A DNA stretch of 64,000 nt from a virus: the IMG/VR virus record IMGVR_UViG_3300037472_000016, positions 31,216-95,215 of that record; one strand, 5' to 3'. Position 1 is the stretch's first letter; the number at the start of each line of letters is the position of its first letter. This document shows, one piece after another, positions 1 through 9,624 of the stretch. The position numbers and the translations under genes are program-made. The notes below the pieces were generated by a model. That model saw only the letters and a program-made list of their open reading frames with translations, had not been told where the DNA came from and did not search any database.

Positions 1-237
1 GGTGAGTGCCCCGTAGAACGTGGACTTGTTGCTGTTGGACCAGGTACAGGCGACTGTGCCCCAGTAGAGGCAATCGAGCGCATCTATGTTGCTTACCGTG
101 CGCTTTCAATTGAGAGCGTTACAGTATCTGCAAAGCGTGACGAAGCAACCATGTTCGAGGTATCGTTCCGTCTGCTTCCAAACGACCAAGGTTCGTATGG
201 AAAGATTGTAGACCGTACCATCCCAGCGGGTTCGTAA
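1..237 (+). CDS. Major tail protein, C-terminal part (runs off the window)
   Basis: Frame 1 is open to TAA at 235-237 (GECPVERGLVAVGPG...MFEVSFRLLP...GKIVDRTIPAGS). It lies directly upstream of the chaperones and tape measure and is followed by a strong terminator. Confidence 0.7.
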   Translation, partial: GECPVERGLVAVGPGTGDCAPVEAIERIYVAYRALSIESVTVSAKRDEATMFEVSFRLLPNDQGSYGKIVDRTIPAGS

Positions 238-257
238 TACAAAGCCCGCTAAACTTG

Positions 258-292
258 ACTGCTCAGACTTCGGTCTGGGCAGTTTTGTTTTT
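258..292 (+). terminator. Rho-independent terminator
   Basis: ACTGCTCAGAC-TTCG-GTCTGGGCAGT stem with a cUUCGg loop, followed by TTTGTTTTT. Confidence 0.85.
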
Positions 293-300
293 GCTACACT
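292..300 (+). promoter_or_regulatory. Extended -10 promoter (TGCTACACT), probably leaderless
   Basis: TGnTAnnnT ends 6 nt before ATG 307; no SD sequence. Confidence 0.6.
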
Positions 301-306
301 TAGTGT

Positions 307-984
307 ATGGCTATAGAAATATACAAAGAAGAAGAAGTTTTTTTGGTAGACGGAACATCTATGATACTGGCTCCACTCAAGATTGTTTATCTTAAAAGAG
401 TTATGGACAGGTTCAGCCTTTTGTCCGAGTCTTCGAGGGAGATGGATAAGACAGAGGTTCTTGTCTCTTGTGCTCTTGTTGCTATGAAGCAGTACCGTCC
501 AGAAATCGACACGGTAGAAAAGGTGGAAGATGTTGTAGATATAGATATCATATACAAGATTCTAGACATTGGCGCTGGAATAACAATGAAAGAGCAAGAG
601 CCAGAGACCAAGGCCAAAGATGCAAAAGGTAAGTCTGACTGGGCATCCCTAGACCTGGCCTCGCTTGAGGCAGAGGTGTTTTTGCTGGGTATATGGAAAA
701 GCTATGAAGACCTAGAACTGTCTATATCAATGCCAGAGCTTATAGCAACACTTGAGTCTCAAAGAAAGTCAGACTACGATAGCAAAAAGTTTTTTGCAGC
801 AATTCAGGGTGTGGACATTGACAAGAATAGCTCAAAGGGTAACGAATGGGAAGAAATGAAGGCTAGGGTATTCAGTGGAAACAAGACCGATGACCCCAAT
901 GACATACTTGCATACCAAGGGGTTAGTGCTCAAAAGGCAGGGTTTGGAATTAACATGGGCCTAAGCTACGAAAAGATTGACTAA
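307..984 (+). CDS. Tail assembly chaperone, long (GT-like) form
   Basis: Sits between major tail and tape measure genes; the N-terminal ~95 aa are visibly homologous to the next ORF, plus a C-terminal extension. Confidence 0.7.
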   Translation: MAIEIYKEEEVFLVDGTSMILAPLKIVYLKRVMDRFSLLSESSREMDKTEVLVSCALVAMKQYRPEIDTVEKVEDVVDIDIIYKILDIGAGITMKEQEPETKAKDAKGKSDWASLDLASLEAEVFLLGIWKSYEDLELSISMPELIATLESQRKSDYDSKKFFAAIQGVDIDKNSSKGNEWEEMKARVFSGNKTDDPNDILAYQGVSAQKAGFGINMGLSYEKID

Positions 985-1042
985 TTAAAAACCTCCCCTG
1001 TGATATAATTGACACAGACCTTTGAAGGAGGAAAATACAATA

Positions 1043-1357
1043 ATGTCAGAAGCGACAATTAACGAAAAAAAGACAGTTACCCTTATTGACGGCACCAAGA
1101 TTGTGGTGAGACCACTAAAGATTTCACTACTAAGGCCATTTCTAGATAAGTTTGGAGAGATTCAAAAAGTAGCAGAAGACAACTCAAAGTCTATGACAGT
1201 TCTTCTGGAGTGTGTACAAATTGCAATGAAGCAGTATGAGCCAAAGCTTGCAGAGGACCTTGACGCAATTGAAGACAACATTGATCTTCCAACGGTATAT
1301 GCAATTATCGAGGCAGCATCTGGAATCACTCTTGATGGAGCTAGTCTAGGTCTATAG
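1043..1357 (+). CDS. Tail assembly chaperone, short (G-like) form
   Basis: SD AAGGAGG before ATG 1043 and its own TGATATAAT promoter near 1000; shares LIDGT/PLKI/AMKQY/GIT motifs with 307..984. Confidence 0.7.
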   Translation: MSEATINEKKTVTLIDGTKIVVRPLKISLLRPFLDKFGEIQKVAEDNSKSMTVLLECVQIAMKQYEPKLAEDLDAIEDNIDLPTVYAIIEAASGITLDGASLGL

Positions 1358-1380
1358 ACCCAGATAAGAGGTGTTGATGA

Positions 1381-4300
1381 ATGGCTGATATTCAATCCAA
1401 CATAGATATTAATGTTTCGACTGGCACCGCGCTAGCGAACATTCGTAGTCTGCAAAGGGAAATATCAGCCTTTCACACCTCTATGGCGAGAGGCGGCGCA
1501 GCCGCCAATGTTCAGTCTGCTCAAATGCAGCAGAACTTGCTCAACACCGTTAATGCAACGGGTAAGTTTAGAGCGTCTATTCAGAACATTTCCACAACTA
1601 CGGAAACATTTACAAACGCCCTAGAAAAGAACAAGCTCTCAATGGCAGAGTCTTTTCGCTTTGCCGGGGCAGCGAGTGGAAAGTTTGGACAAAGATTCTC
1701 TACTGAAATGTCAACTATTGACAAGGTTGCTAGAGAAAGGGTCAAGAGTGTCCAGACCCAGTTTATTAAATTAGGAAGAGATGCCAACGGCTCTCTCAGG
1801 GGAATTGCTGTAAGGCCGCTAGCTCTTGACATGGACAATCTGGCCACAAGGACGGCTATAGCGGCACAGAAGCAGCAACTGTTTAACAAGCTTGTGAATC
1901 AGGGTTCAACAAACCTTCTAAACTTTGGTAAGAATACTCAGTGGACTGGTCGCCAACTTATGGTTGGTTTCACAATTCCTCTAGGAATCTTTGGAGCAAC
2001 AGCATCAAAGGTATTCATGGACCTAGAGAAGCAGGCCATCGCCTTCAAGAAGGTATACGGAGACCTCTTCACCATTGAGTCTGAGAAAAACAAGGCACTC
2101 AAAGATGTAGAAGACATTGCCAAGTCCATGACTACTTATGGCGTTGCAATCAAGGACACAATGGGGCTTGCGGCAGAGGCAGCAGCCGCAGGTTTTCAGG
2201 ATGCACAACTCATGGCCCAGACCGAGCAAGCAACAAGGCTCGGAATCCTTGGTCAAATCGATAGCCAAAAGGCCCTAGAAACAACAATTGCTCTACAGAG
2301 TGCATTCCAGATTTCCACGGAAGACCTTGCAGACTCCATTAACTTCCTTAACGCCGTAGAGAACCAGACAGTTCTTTCTCTAGACGATGTGACTACAGCC
2401 ATTCCAAAGGTTGCTCCAGTTATTCAGCAGCTTGGCGGTGACGTAAAAGACCTAGCATTTTTCCTTTCAGCTATGAAGGAAGGTGGCATCAACGCATCCG
2501 AGGGTGCTAACGCTCTAAAGTCTGGTCTTGCCTCCATGATTAACCCCACCAAGCAGTCTTCTGAGATGCTCGCCCAGATGGGTATTGATATTAATGGTAT
2601 CGTTAACTCAAACCAGGGAGACCTAAAGCAGACAGTCGTTGGATTTGCCGAAGCCCTAGATACCCTTGACCCACTGAACAGGGCAAAAGCCATTGAGCAG
2701 CTATTCGGTAAGTTCCAGTTTGCTAGAATCTCCGCACTGTTCTCTAACGTTATCCGCGACGGTAGCCAGGCATCAAGAGTTCTAGACCTTGCAGGAACGT
2801 CACTAGAAGAGCTATCATCTCTAGCAGACTCCGAGCTTGGAATTGTTGCAGATGCAACGTCTACAAAGTTTATGGCAGCAATGGAAAACATAAAGTTTGC
2901 AATTGCCCCAATTGGAGAAGAGTTCCTTAAGCTCGTAACCCCCATACTCACTTTTGGAACAGAAGTCTTAACGGCTTTCAACAGTCTTGATGCTGGCATG
3001 AGGCAGTTCGTTATTGGAACGATTGGTGTTCTCGGCGGTATAGCACCAATAGCCATTATGGTATTTGGTCTATTAGCTAACGGTGTAGCAACATCCATTA
3101 AGGCATTCATGTTCTTGAGAAACCTGTTCCTTAAAACAGGAGGCTCTTCTCAGATACTTGGTCAGCAAACAGAATACATGACACAGCAACAGCTTGAGGC
3201 AGCGGCTGTAGCAGCATCTCTGGGGCAGACACACAGTCAGTTGACTCAAATCTTTACAGCCGAGGCTGGAGCCGTTACAGCCCTTGCAGCGGCCTATAAC
3301 AGCGCTACAGCAGCGCAGAGGGCATTTAGCGGTCCAGTCATGGGTAGCACCCTGGGTCGTGGTCCAAAGGTTCCTGGATTCAACAAGGGAAAAATGGCGG
3401 GGTACAACAAGGGAATCGTAATGGTTCCTGGTTCTGGAAACAAAGACACAGAGCCAGCAATGTTGACACCAGGCGAAGCAGTCATTCCAGCAGACATGGC
3501 TAAAAAGTATGGGTCTCTAATCAACGCAATGATTAGCGGAAACATTCCTGGGTTTAGGACTGGAAGACCAGGGGAATCTGGTCAGATACAGGTGCCGTCG
3601 AGCCAAACAAATTTTAGAATGCCTCTTGGAGAAGGCTTTGAGCTTTCACACTTTTCATCAGCAATTAATCTTACTGGTACAGAGCTTATTGAGCACGCCC
3701 GCCTAATGGGAGCGACAAATAACCACATTAGCCGAATAAATGAAATGATTGCCAGGGCAGGAGGCGACTTAGAACAAACCTTTAGAGTTTTGGATAGCTC
3801 TGTAGAACTTTTAAGCACAGAGCTTAACCAGGGTATTGGCGCAATCGGAAGTGGAAAAACAGTACCAAGAAGCCTAGTTGAGCGCGATCTTGTTGAGAGA
3901 GGAGATGTAGCAAGGTCGCCACTAATGAAGTATATGGCCATAGACGGCGTTGCACCCGATAAGGCTCTAGCGAATGCAAGACTAATAACCGAAAAAGTTC
4001 AAGAACAACTAGACCTTGTTGGCGACCGGCTTGTCTTTACAGCCGAACAGATTCATGACATAACGAAAAAAGCTTATGATGCAGTTTTGCTTGACCCCTC
4101 AGTTTCTGAGACAGCAAAAACAGAAATATCTAATGCTAGACAAAGAATGAGTTCTGGTCTTGTTGTTGTAGATGAAACGACTACCGAAAGGGGTAGTCGT
4201 GGAAACAGAATTAATGCAACACCAAAAACATACAAGAGCCTTTCAACTTCAATTAGAAAACGGGCTGATGTTCCGAGTAATTCATTTTTGGCTAGTTCAG

Positions 4301-7300
4301 AAATTCCTCAAACGCTGGGAATCTCTCAAGAAGAGTTTTCGCAAACATTTTCAGGGCTTCCCGAGGCCGCTAAGGCTGCACTATTTAGGCTAAGAAAAGA
4401 TATTGATGGTTTTGTAGAGGAATTCCGTAGACAGACTGCGACAGAACTAGATCGTGCATCACAATCAAACTCTCCATCACAAAGATTTATAAGGTCTGCG
4501 GCAAACAATATAGTCGATGGTGTTGAGGTTGGTATTCAGCAAGGCCGCGACGATATGGTTACCGCTGGTCAGGGCCTAGCAGATGCAACAGAATCTGGCG
4601 TAAAACGCAGCCATAGAAGAGCCTCTTCTGCTGGCGGTAGCCCCGGACAAATGTTTGCCCCCCAATCACAACAAATAGTAACAGCAAATCCAAGAACTAA
4701 TAGAAGGGCCTCCGCTCCAACGCAAACTATTGGTTCATCAGTAATACCACCAGCACACTTTGAAAAGATAATAGCTGGTAACCAGGCAGCGGCAGACAGT
4801 CAACAAAAGGCTTCTGTAGCTCAAGCAGCAGCAAGCCAAAACTTCTCAAGCAAGGTTATGGGGCTGAGCTTTGGAATCACTGGACTTGCCGGGGTAATGT
4901 CAATATTCGGTGGAGAAATGGCCCAAGTCTCTAGTGTAATCTTCCAGGTAAGCGGTGCATTGACAGGACTGATGTTTGCGTTCCAGGCTCTTCCAGCAAC
5001 AATGACTAAAGGAATAACAGAGCTATTTGACAATAGAGCAGCGGCTTTTACACAGGCAAGAAACTCTACCCAGGTAGTTCCAGTAGGTGGTGGGGGAGGT
5101 GTTGGTGCTAAGGGGGGCGTAGCGGCGGGGGCAGCAAAAGCTGGAGGAGCACTGGCAAGCCTGGGCAGAGGAGTCATGGCTTTTCTTGGAGGCCCATTTG
5201 GTCTAGCTATTACTGCCTTCCTTTTGCTAGCGGGATTTGCAATTCCAGCCCTTATAGATGCATACCAGGAACAGAAAAAACGTCTTAGAGGTCTTTCTGA
5301 CGTTGCAGATGTTGCATCTGACAGAGTAAAAAAGTTTGCAGAAGCTTTGGGGCAAGAAATAAAAATATCTCCACTTGGTGGAGAACAGGGTATATCCTTT
5401 AGTGGTGCAAACCTAAATCCAGAAGAAAGAAAGTCAGTAGGCTCTGTGGTAGAGTCTTACGGTGGAGCAGAGAAATTTCAAGAAGATTTTAAAGATGATA
5501 TTGATAGAATAAATGAGGCTGGCAGCAGAGGAAAAGAAGAGCTTAATCGAGTATTTACAGAAAAAGCATCTAGTTTAGCAATGGCTGGTATTGACGAAGC
5601 CGGAATTCAATCGCTACTGGATGCACTATTTCAATTTTCAAATATTGAATTTACTTTTGACGTAAAGGGAGCAGGAATTTTTGACGAAAAAGGTAACTTT
5701 GATCTAGATGCATTTAAGGCCCGTGCAAAAGAAGCAGCAAGGGCTTACACTGATTCATATGATGCAGAAGTTGCTAATTATAGTCCAAACGAAACAATTG
5801 ACCAGCAGGCTGTTTTGAATAGTGCGGGATACTCCTCTGTTGGTGACCTTGAAAAAGCAGTAGAAGGTCAAAAAGTGGCTGTGGGAATTGCTGAAGAGAA
5901 TGCATTGTCCAAAGGACTAAAGCCAGAGCAGGACTCAGACTTTATAGCTCAAATGTCAGAGCTAAGACAGTTAGAGGGATATCTACAAGAATTTAAGTTT
6001 ATTGCTTCAGAACCTTTAGAAATTTTAAAAATTGAAACAATATCAAACGCCGCTGACCAGATTAATGGTCTGAACACATTGCTTTCAGAAGGAAAAATTT
6101 CTGCAATAGAGTTTTCTGACGGAATAGGGGTTGTAGCTGAGGGTATCCTTGAAATGGATGATGGTGCAAAAGCTCTTCAAGACTTACTAAAAGAGCTTGG
6201 AGTTAAAGACTTCGAGCTAATAAAAGACCCAGAAGCACAAATAGCGGCATTGCAGGGTGCTACGGCAGGGCTTGATTTAACAAAGTTTTCTGGACTTTCA
6301 TCAGAAGATGAGCAAGTAAGGGCACAAGCAATTAACGAAGTTGCTCAAGCAATTAGAAATACGGTTTCGGCAAGGGAGCAAGAAGCTATAGTTAATCAGC
6401 AGATTGCTGAAATGACTGCTGCAAATACAGAACTTGAATCAATGGCTAGCGACATTGAGCAAGAAGCTAATGCTTATGCCTACCTAACTGCAAATGGAAT
6501 ATCTGCCGCCGACGCGATAGACCTTATTGCTAACGCAAATATTAGAGCAGCCGCTGCTGCGGCATTTGCTGGTGCAGAAACCACTGGATTTATTGAAAAC
6601 ATAAATGCAATGTTAACAGCAAAAGCAAATAGTCCGGTAACCGTTGCAAGGAGATCAATTGGTTCAGGTGGTCGAGGAGGCGGTGGCAAAAGCGGTCCAG
6701 AAGCTTCCGGCCTAGACAAAATACTAGAAGACATGGCCAGAGTAGTTTCTGTTCAGACTACAATGACAAAGGGGTTTGCTGCATCGAGAACCGCCCTAGA
6801 CAGAATGTTCGGCGGTAGCAACTCTTCTGGACTCTTCGGTGGCCTTGAACAACAGATGCGTGCCCTTGGTGGAGGAGAAGACCTTATTAAGCTGATTGCT
6901 GGAATGCCTCCAGAAGAGTTTAATAAGAGGAAGAAAGAACTCTTTACTTTTGACGGTGCCGGAAATATTTCATCGTTCAGAGACAGCCTTGTTTCCATTG
7001 GAGAAGCACTCAGAAAGATTGCACTTGGAGAGTTCCAGAGCAAGCAGCAGGCCACTGTTAAGTCTTTCAACGATCAAATGGTTGCTGTCAACAGGCTCGT
7101 TGGTGCAGGTGCAAGCTATGCAGATGCATACGAAATTGCTGGAGATGCAGCACTGGCAGCAGCAATCGCCAACGAAACAAACTCAGCAGCTATTAGGCAG
7201 CTTGTCAGAGATACTAAGGCGGCAGAGAAAGCCACAAAGGATTTTGCAGCAGCCCAAAGCGTCGCGGCATCCAACAACTCATTTGTTGACCAACAGAAGC

Positions 7301-8937
7301 TTCTAACAAAACTACAGCAAAACAGTCTAGGACTAAGCAATGCCCAAATCCAAGCAGTGCTTGACGACACAGACCTTCAAAGACTATTCATGGACCCATC
7401 TATTGATGCAAAGACATTGCAAGACGCTCTTAACAGCGTTGCGTCTAGAGCAGCACTAGAACTAGAAATAAAGAAGCTAACTGTCGATGGTCTTGAGTCA
7501 ATCTTTGATGAAGGCTTTAGCAAAGCTATGGAGGCTTTCGACGCACAAGAAAAAAAGATTGAGCTTGAGTTTGACGTAAAGACAAAGCCTTTCGAAGATG
7601 CCATTAGGGATGCGGAAGAGCAAATTTCAGATATCACCAACGGTGTTGGTGGAATAGACGACCTTGAGGCAGACCTCGAAAGAATATCTGAGCAAGAAGA
7701 AGAAATTAATAAGAAGTATGATGAAAGAGCCAAGGCGCTCTCTCTCGTTAAAGACCTTAACGCACAAATGTCTCAGCAGCAAAAGACACAGCTTACTCTG
7801 GCAGATGCCCTTTCCCAAGGAGATATCGCTGGTGCCGCCAGGGCAGCGCAAGAGATGCGTGCTCAGCAACAAGCAAAATCTCTAGAGCTTCAAGAAAAGG
7901 CGCTAGACAAGGCAAGAGAGCTAGAGCTTGGTGCAATTGTCGGCAACATGGGCCAGACGAGAGAGCAAATAGAACAAAGAATTAAGGAACTAAAAGCACA
8001 AATTCGTGAAATAGAAGAGGCAACTCTTGAGCCAGCCCGACGCAGGGTAGAGCTTCTAGACAGAGAAGAGCAGAAGCTTCTTGCGTCTGTGACGGTGCTG
8101 GGTAGAACCAAGCTTGAGTGGGAAACCATCAAGAATAAGATTGATATTGCCAAGACTGGCAGCGATAAATATACCGAAGCCATTGGTGCCGCCCTAGGAG
8201 TTGTTACAGATATTGTTGAGTATTGGGATGAGCTTGACGGCAAAGAGGTAAATACCGTTCACGTTGTGACGACTACATATAAGACAGTGGGGACTCCCCC
8301 ATCGCCCACCGTTCCATCAGCACCATCTGGTGGAGGCAGCGGCAGCGACAGCGGCATTGTTGGCAAGACCGCAGCAGAGTTGGCAGAAGAGCAAAGGGCT
8401 TCTGCTTCGGCACAAGCCAGAGCACGAGTGCAAAGAGGATTAAACGATAGAGCAATACGTGGAATAATATCTGCAAGGCTTGCTAGCAAGGCGGGTGCAA
8501 CGACAGGAGGAGAAAGCGCAAGGTCATCGAGAATAGCAACATATCTATCAAGAATTACAAAAGCTCAGGCAGATCAAATATTGCTGAACAACGCGAAGGG
8601 TGGCGGTGCGCTGTACTACAACTCTGGAGGCCTTGTCTCTTCTAGGGTTGGCTCTCCCAGACTGGGTATTGGAAAAATTCCATCTATGGGCACAGACTCT
8701 GTATCTACAATGCTTACCCCAGGAGAATTTGTAGTGTCTAAGTACGGTGTACAAAAAACTGGCATTAAAAACATGGAAGCAATAAACAATGGAACATACG
8801 GTGGTGAATCAGTGTATAATTATGGTATCAACATAAACGTTAGGTCAGAGTCAGACCCTAATCAGATTGCCCGCACGGTAATGGGTACAATCAAGAGTGT
8901 TGATGCTCAAAGAATTAGGGGTAATAGACTTGGCTAG
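1381..8937 (+). CDS. Tape measure protein (2518 aa)
   Basis: Very long Ala/Gly-rich helical protein with a TP901-type core (aa ~200-500), hydrophobic stretches, coiled coils and two D..(P/S).MLTPGE.V motifs. Confidence 0.92.
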   Translation: MADIQSNIDINVSTGTALANIRSLQREISAFHTSMARGGAAANVQSAQMQQNLLNTVNATGKFRASIQNISTTTETFTNALEKNKLSMAESFRFAGAASGKFGQRFSTEMSTIDKVARERVKSVQTQFIKLGRDANGSLRGIAVRPLALDMDNLATRTAIAAQKQQLFNKLVNQGSTNLLNFGKNTQWTGRQLMVGFTIPLGIFGATASKVFMDLEKQAIAFKKVYGDLFTIESEKNKALKDVEDIAKSMTTYGVAIKDTMGLAAEAAAAGFQDAQLMAQTEQATRLGILGQIDSQKALETTIALQSAFQISTEDLADSINFLNAVENQTVLSLDDVTTAIPKVAPVIQQLGGDVKDLAFFLSAMKEGGINASEGANALKSGLASMINPTKQSSEMLAQMGIDINGIVNSNQGDLKQTVVGFAEALDTLDPLNRAKAIEQLFGKFQFARISALFSNVIRDGSQASRVLDLAGTSLEELSSLADSELGIVADATSTKFMAAMENIKFAIAPIGEEFLKLVTPILTFGTEVLTAFNSLDAGMRQFVIGTIGVLGGIAPIAIMVFGLLANGVATSIKAFMFLRNLFLKTGGSSQILGQQTEYMTQQQLEAAAVAASLGQTHSQLTQIFTAEAGAVTALAAAYNSATAAQRAFSGPVMGSTLGRGPKVPGFNKGKMAGYNKGIVMVPGSGNKDTEPAMLTPGEAVIPADMAKKYGSLINAMISGNIPGFRTGRPGESGQIQVPSSQTNFRMPLGEGFELSHFSSAINLTGTELIEHARLMGATNNHISRINEMIARAGGDLEQTFRVLDSSVELLSTELNQGIGAIGSGKTVPRSLVERDLVERGDVARSPLMKYMAIDGVAPDKALANARLITEKVQEQLDLVGDRLVFTAEQIHDITKKAYDAVLLDPSVSETAKTEISNARQRMSSGLVVVDETTTERGSRGNRINATPKTYKSLSTSIRKRADVPSNSFLASSEIPQTLGISQEEFSQTFSGLPEAAKAALFRLRKDIDGFVEEFRRQTATELDRASQSNSPSQRFIRSAANNIVDGVEVGIQQGRDDMVTAGQGLADATESGVKRSHRRASSAGGSPGQMFAPQSQQIVTANPRTNRRASAPTQTIGSSVIPPAHFEKIIAGNQAAADSQQKASVAQAAASQNFSSKVMGLSFGITGLAGVMSIFGGEMAQVSSVIFQVSGALTGLMFAFQALPATMTKGITELFDNRAAAFTQARNSTQVVPVGGGGGVGAKGGVAAGAAKAGGALASLGRGVMAFLGGPFGLAITAFLLLAGFAIPALIDAYQEQKKRLRGLSDVADVASDRVKKFAEALGQEIKISPLGGEQGISFSGANLNPEERKSVGSVVESYGGAEKFQEDFKDDIDRINEAGSRGKEELNRVFTEKASSLAMAGIDEAGIQSLLDALFQFSNIEFTFDVKGAGIFDEKGNFDLDAFKARAKEAARAYTDSYDAEVANYSPNETIDQQAVLNSAGYSSVGDLEKAVEGQKVAVGIAEENALSKGLKPEQDSDFIAQMSELRQLEGYLQEFKFIASEPLEILKIETISNAADQINGLNTLLSEGKISAIEFSDGIGVVAEGILEMDDGAKALQDLLKELGVKDFELIKDPEAQIAALQGATAGLDLTKFSGLSSEDEQVRAQAINEVAQAIRNTVSAREQEAIVNQQIAEMTAANTELESMASDIEQEANAYAYLTANGISAADAIDLIANANIRAAAAAAFAGAETTGFIENINAMLTAKANSPVTVARRSIGSGGRGGGGKSGPEASGLDKILEDMARVVSVQTTMTKGFAASRTALDRMFGGSNSSGLFGGLEQQMRALGGGEDLIKLIAGMPPEEFNKRKKELFTFDGAGNISSFRDSLVSIGEALRKIALGEFQSKQQATVKSFNDQMVAVNRLVGAGASYADAYEIAGDAALAAAIANETNSAAIRQLVRDTKAAEKATKDFAAAQSVAASNNSFVDQQKLLTKLQQNSLGLSNAQIQAVLDDTDLQRLFMDPSIDAKTLQDALNSVASRAALELEIKKLTVDGLESIFDEGFSKAMEAFDAQEKKIELEFDVKTKPFEDAIRDAEEQISDITNGVGGIDDLEADLERISEQEEEINKKYDERAKALSLVKDLNAQMSQQQKTQLTLADALSQGDIAGAARAAQEMRAQQQAKSLELQEKALDKARELELGAIVGNMGQTREQIEQRIKELKAQIREIEEATLEPARRRVELLDREEQKLLASVTVLGRTKLEWETIKNKIDIAKTGSDKYTEAIGAALGVVTDIVEYWDELDGKEVNTVHVVTTTYKTVGTPPSPTVPSAPSGGGSGSDSGIVGKTAAELAEEQRASASAQARARVQRGLNDRAIRGIISARLASKAGATTGGESARSSRIATYLSRITKAQADQILLNNAKGGGALYYNSGGLVSSRVGSPRLGIGKIPSMGTDSVSTMLTPGEFVVSKYGVQKTGIKNMEAINNGTYGGESVYNYGININVRSESDPNQIARTVMGTIKSVDAQRIRGNRLG

Positions 8938-9622
8938 CATAGAGTATGTCAACGGCAGGAAGAGGTATGCCAGGCCACAAGCAATGTTATTCTCCAATAA
9001 CCCAGGCACCACAGCCGTAGACTCCGACACAAACTCTCCTACATCTGGTCAGGTCTTTCACGTTCCTCTTGGCTCTGAAATAAATGCCGCCGCCCAAACA
9101 AACGACGGTAACGAGTTCATGATTCTATCTGACGATAACCGTGGAGCCATAGACATTGCATCAGAAAGAATAGAGCGCAGAGAAAGAATGATTAATGGCA
9201 GGATGCGCTCGTACCATATTGCTGACAAGATTGCTATATCAACCTCTTGGGATATGCTCCCCTCTAGATCGTTTGCTACCGTTCCAGGACTAAACTCCAC
9301 AGGCAAGTCAAGCCTTCCCCAAGACTTTAAGTATACGACTGATGGTGGCGCTGGTGGCGCTGAACTTGTTGAGTGGTACGAGAACTACACAGGCTCATTC
9401 TACTTGTTTCTGGCATACGATAAATTCACGGTATTTGAAAAGGCAGAGGGTGACCCATCGACAGAAGAATACGAAGAAACAAACAATAGAAGATACAACA
9501 GCATGAACAAGTACAACCAGGTCATTGAGGTAATGTTCTCAGACTTCTCACACTCTGTCGTAAAAAGAGGAGCGGGAACGCATGACTTCTGGAATGTGTC
9601 TTTGTCTTTGGAAGAGGTCTAG
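8930..9622 (+). CDS. Minor tail protein (distal-tail position)
   Basis: TTG start overlaps the tape measure stop; ends in WNVSLSLEEV, typical of tail-tip proteins. Confidence 0.6.
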   Translation: MASIEYVNGRKRYARPQAMLFSNNPGTTAVDSDTNSPTSGQVFHVPLGSEINAAAQTNDGNEFMILSDDNRGAIDIASERIERRERMINGRMRSYHIADKIAISTSWDMLPSRSFATVPGLNSTGKSSLPQDFKYTTDGGAGGAELVEWYENYTGSFYLFLAYDKFTVFEKAEGDPSTEEYEETNNRRYNSMNKYNQVIEVMFSDFSHSVVKRGAGTHDFWNVSLSLEEV

Positions 9623-9624
9623 AA

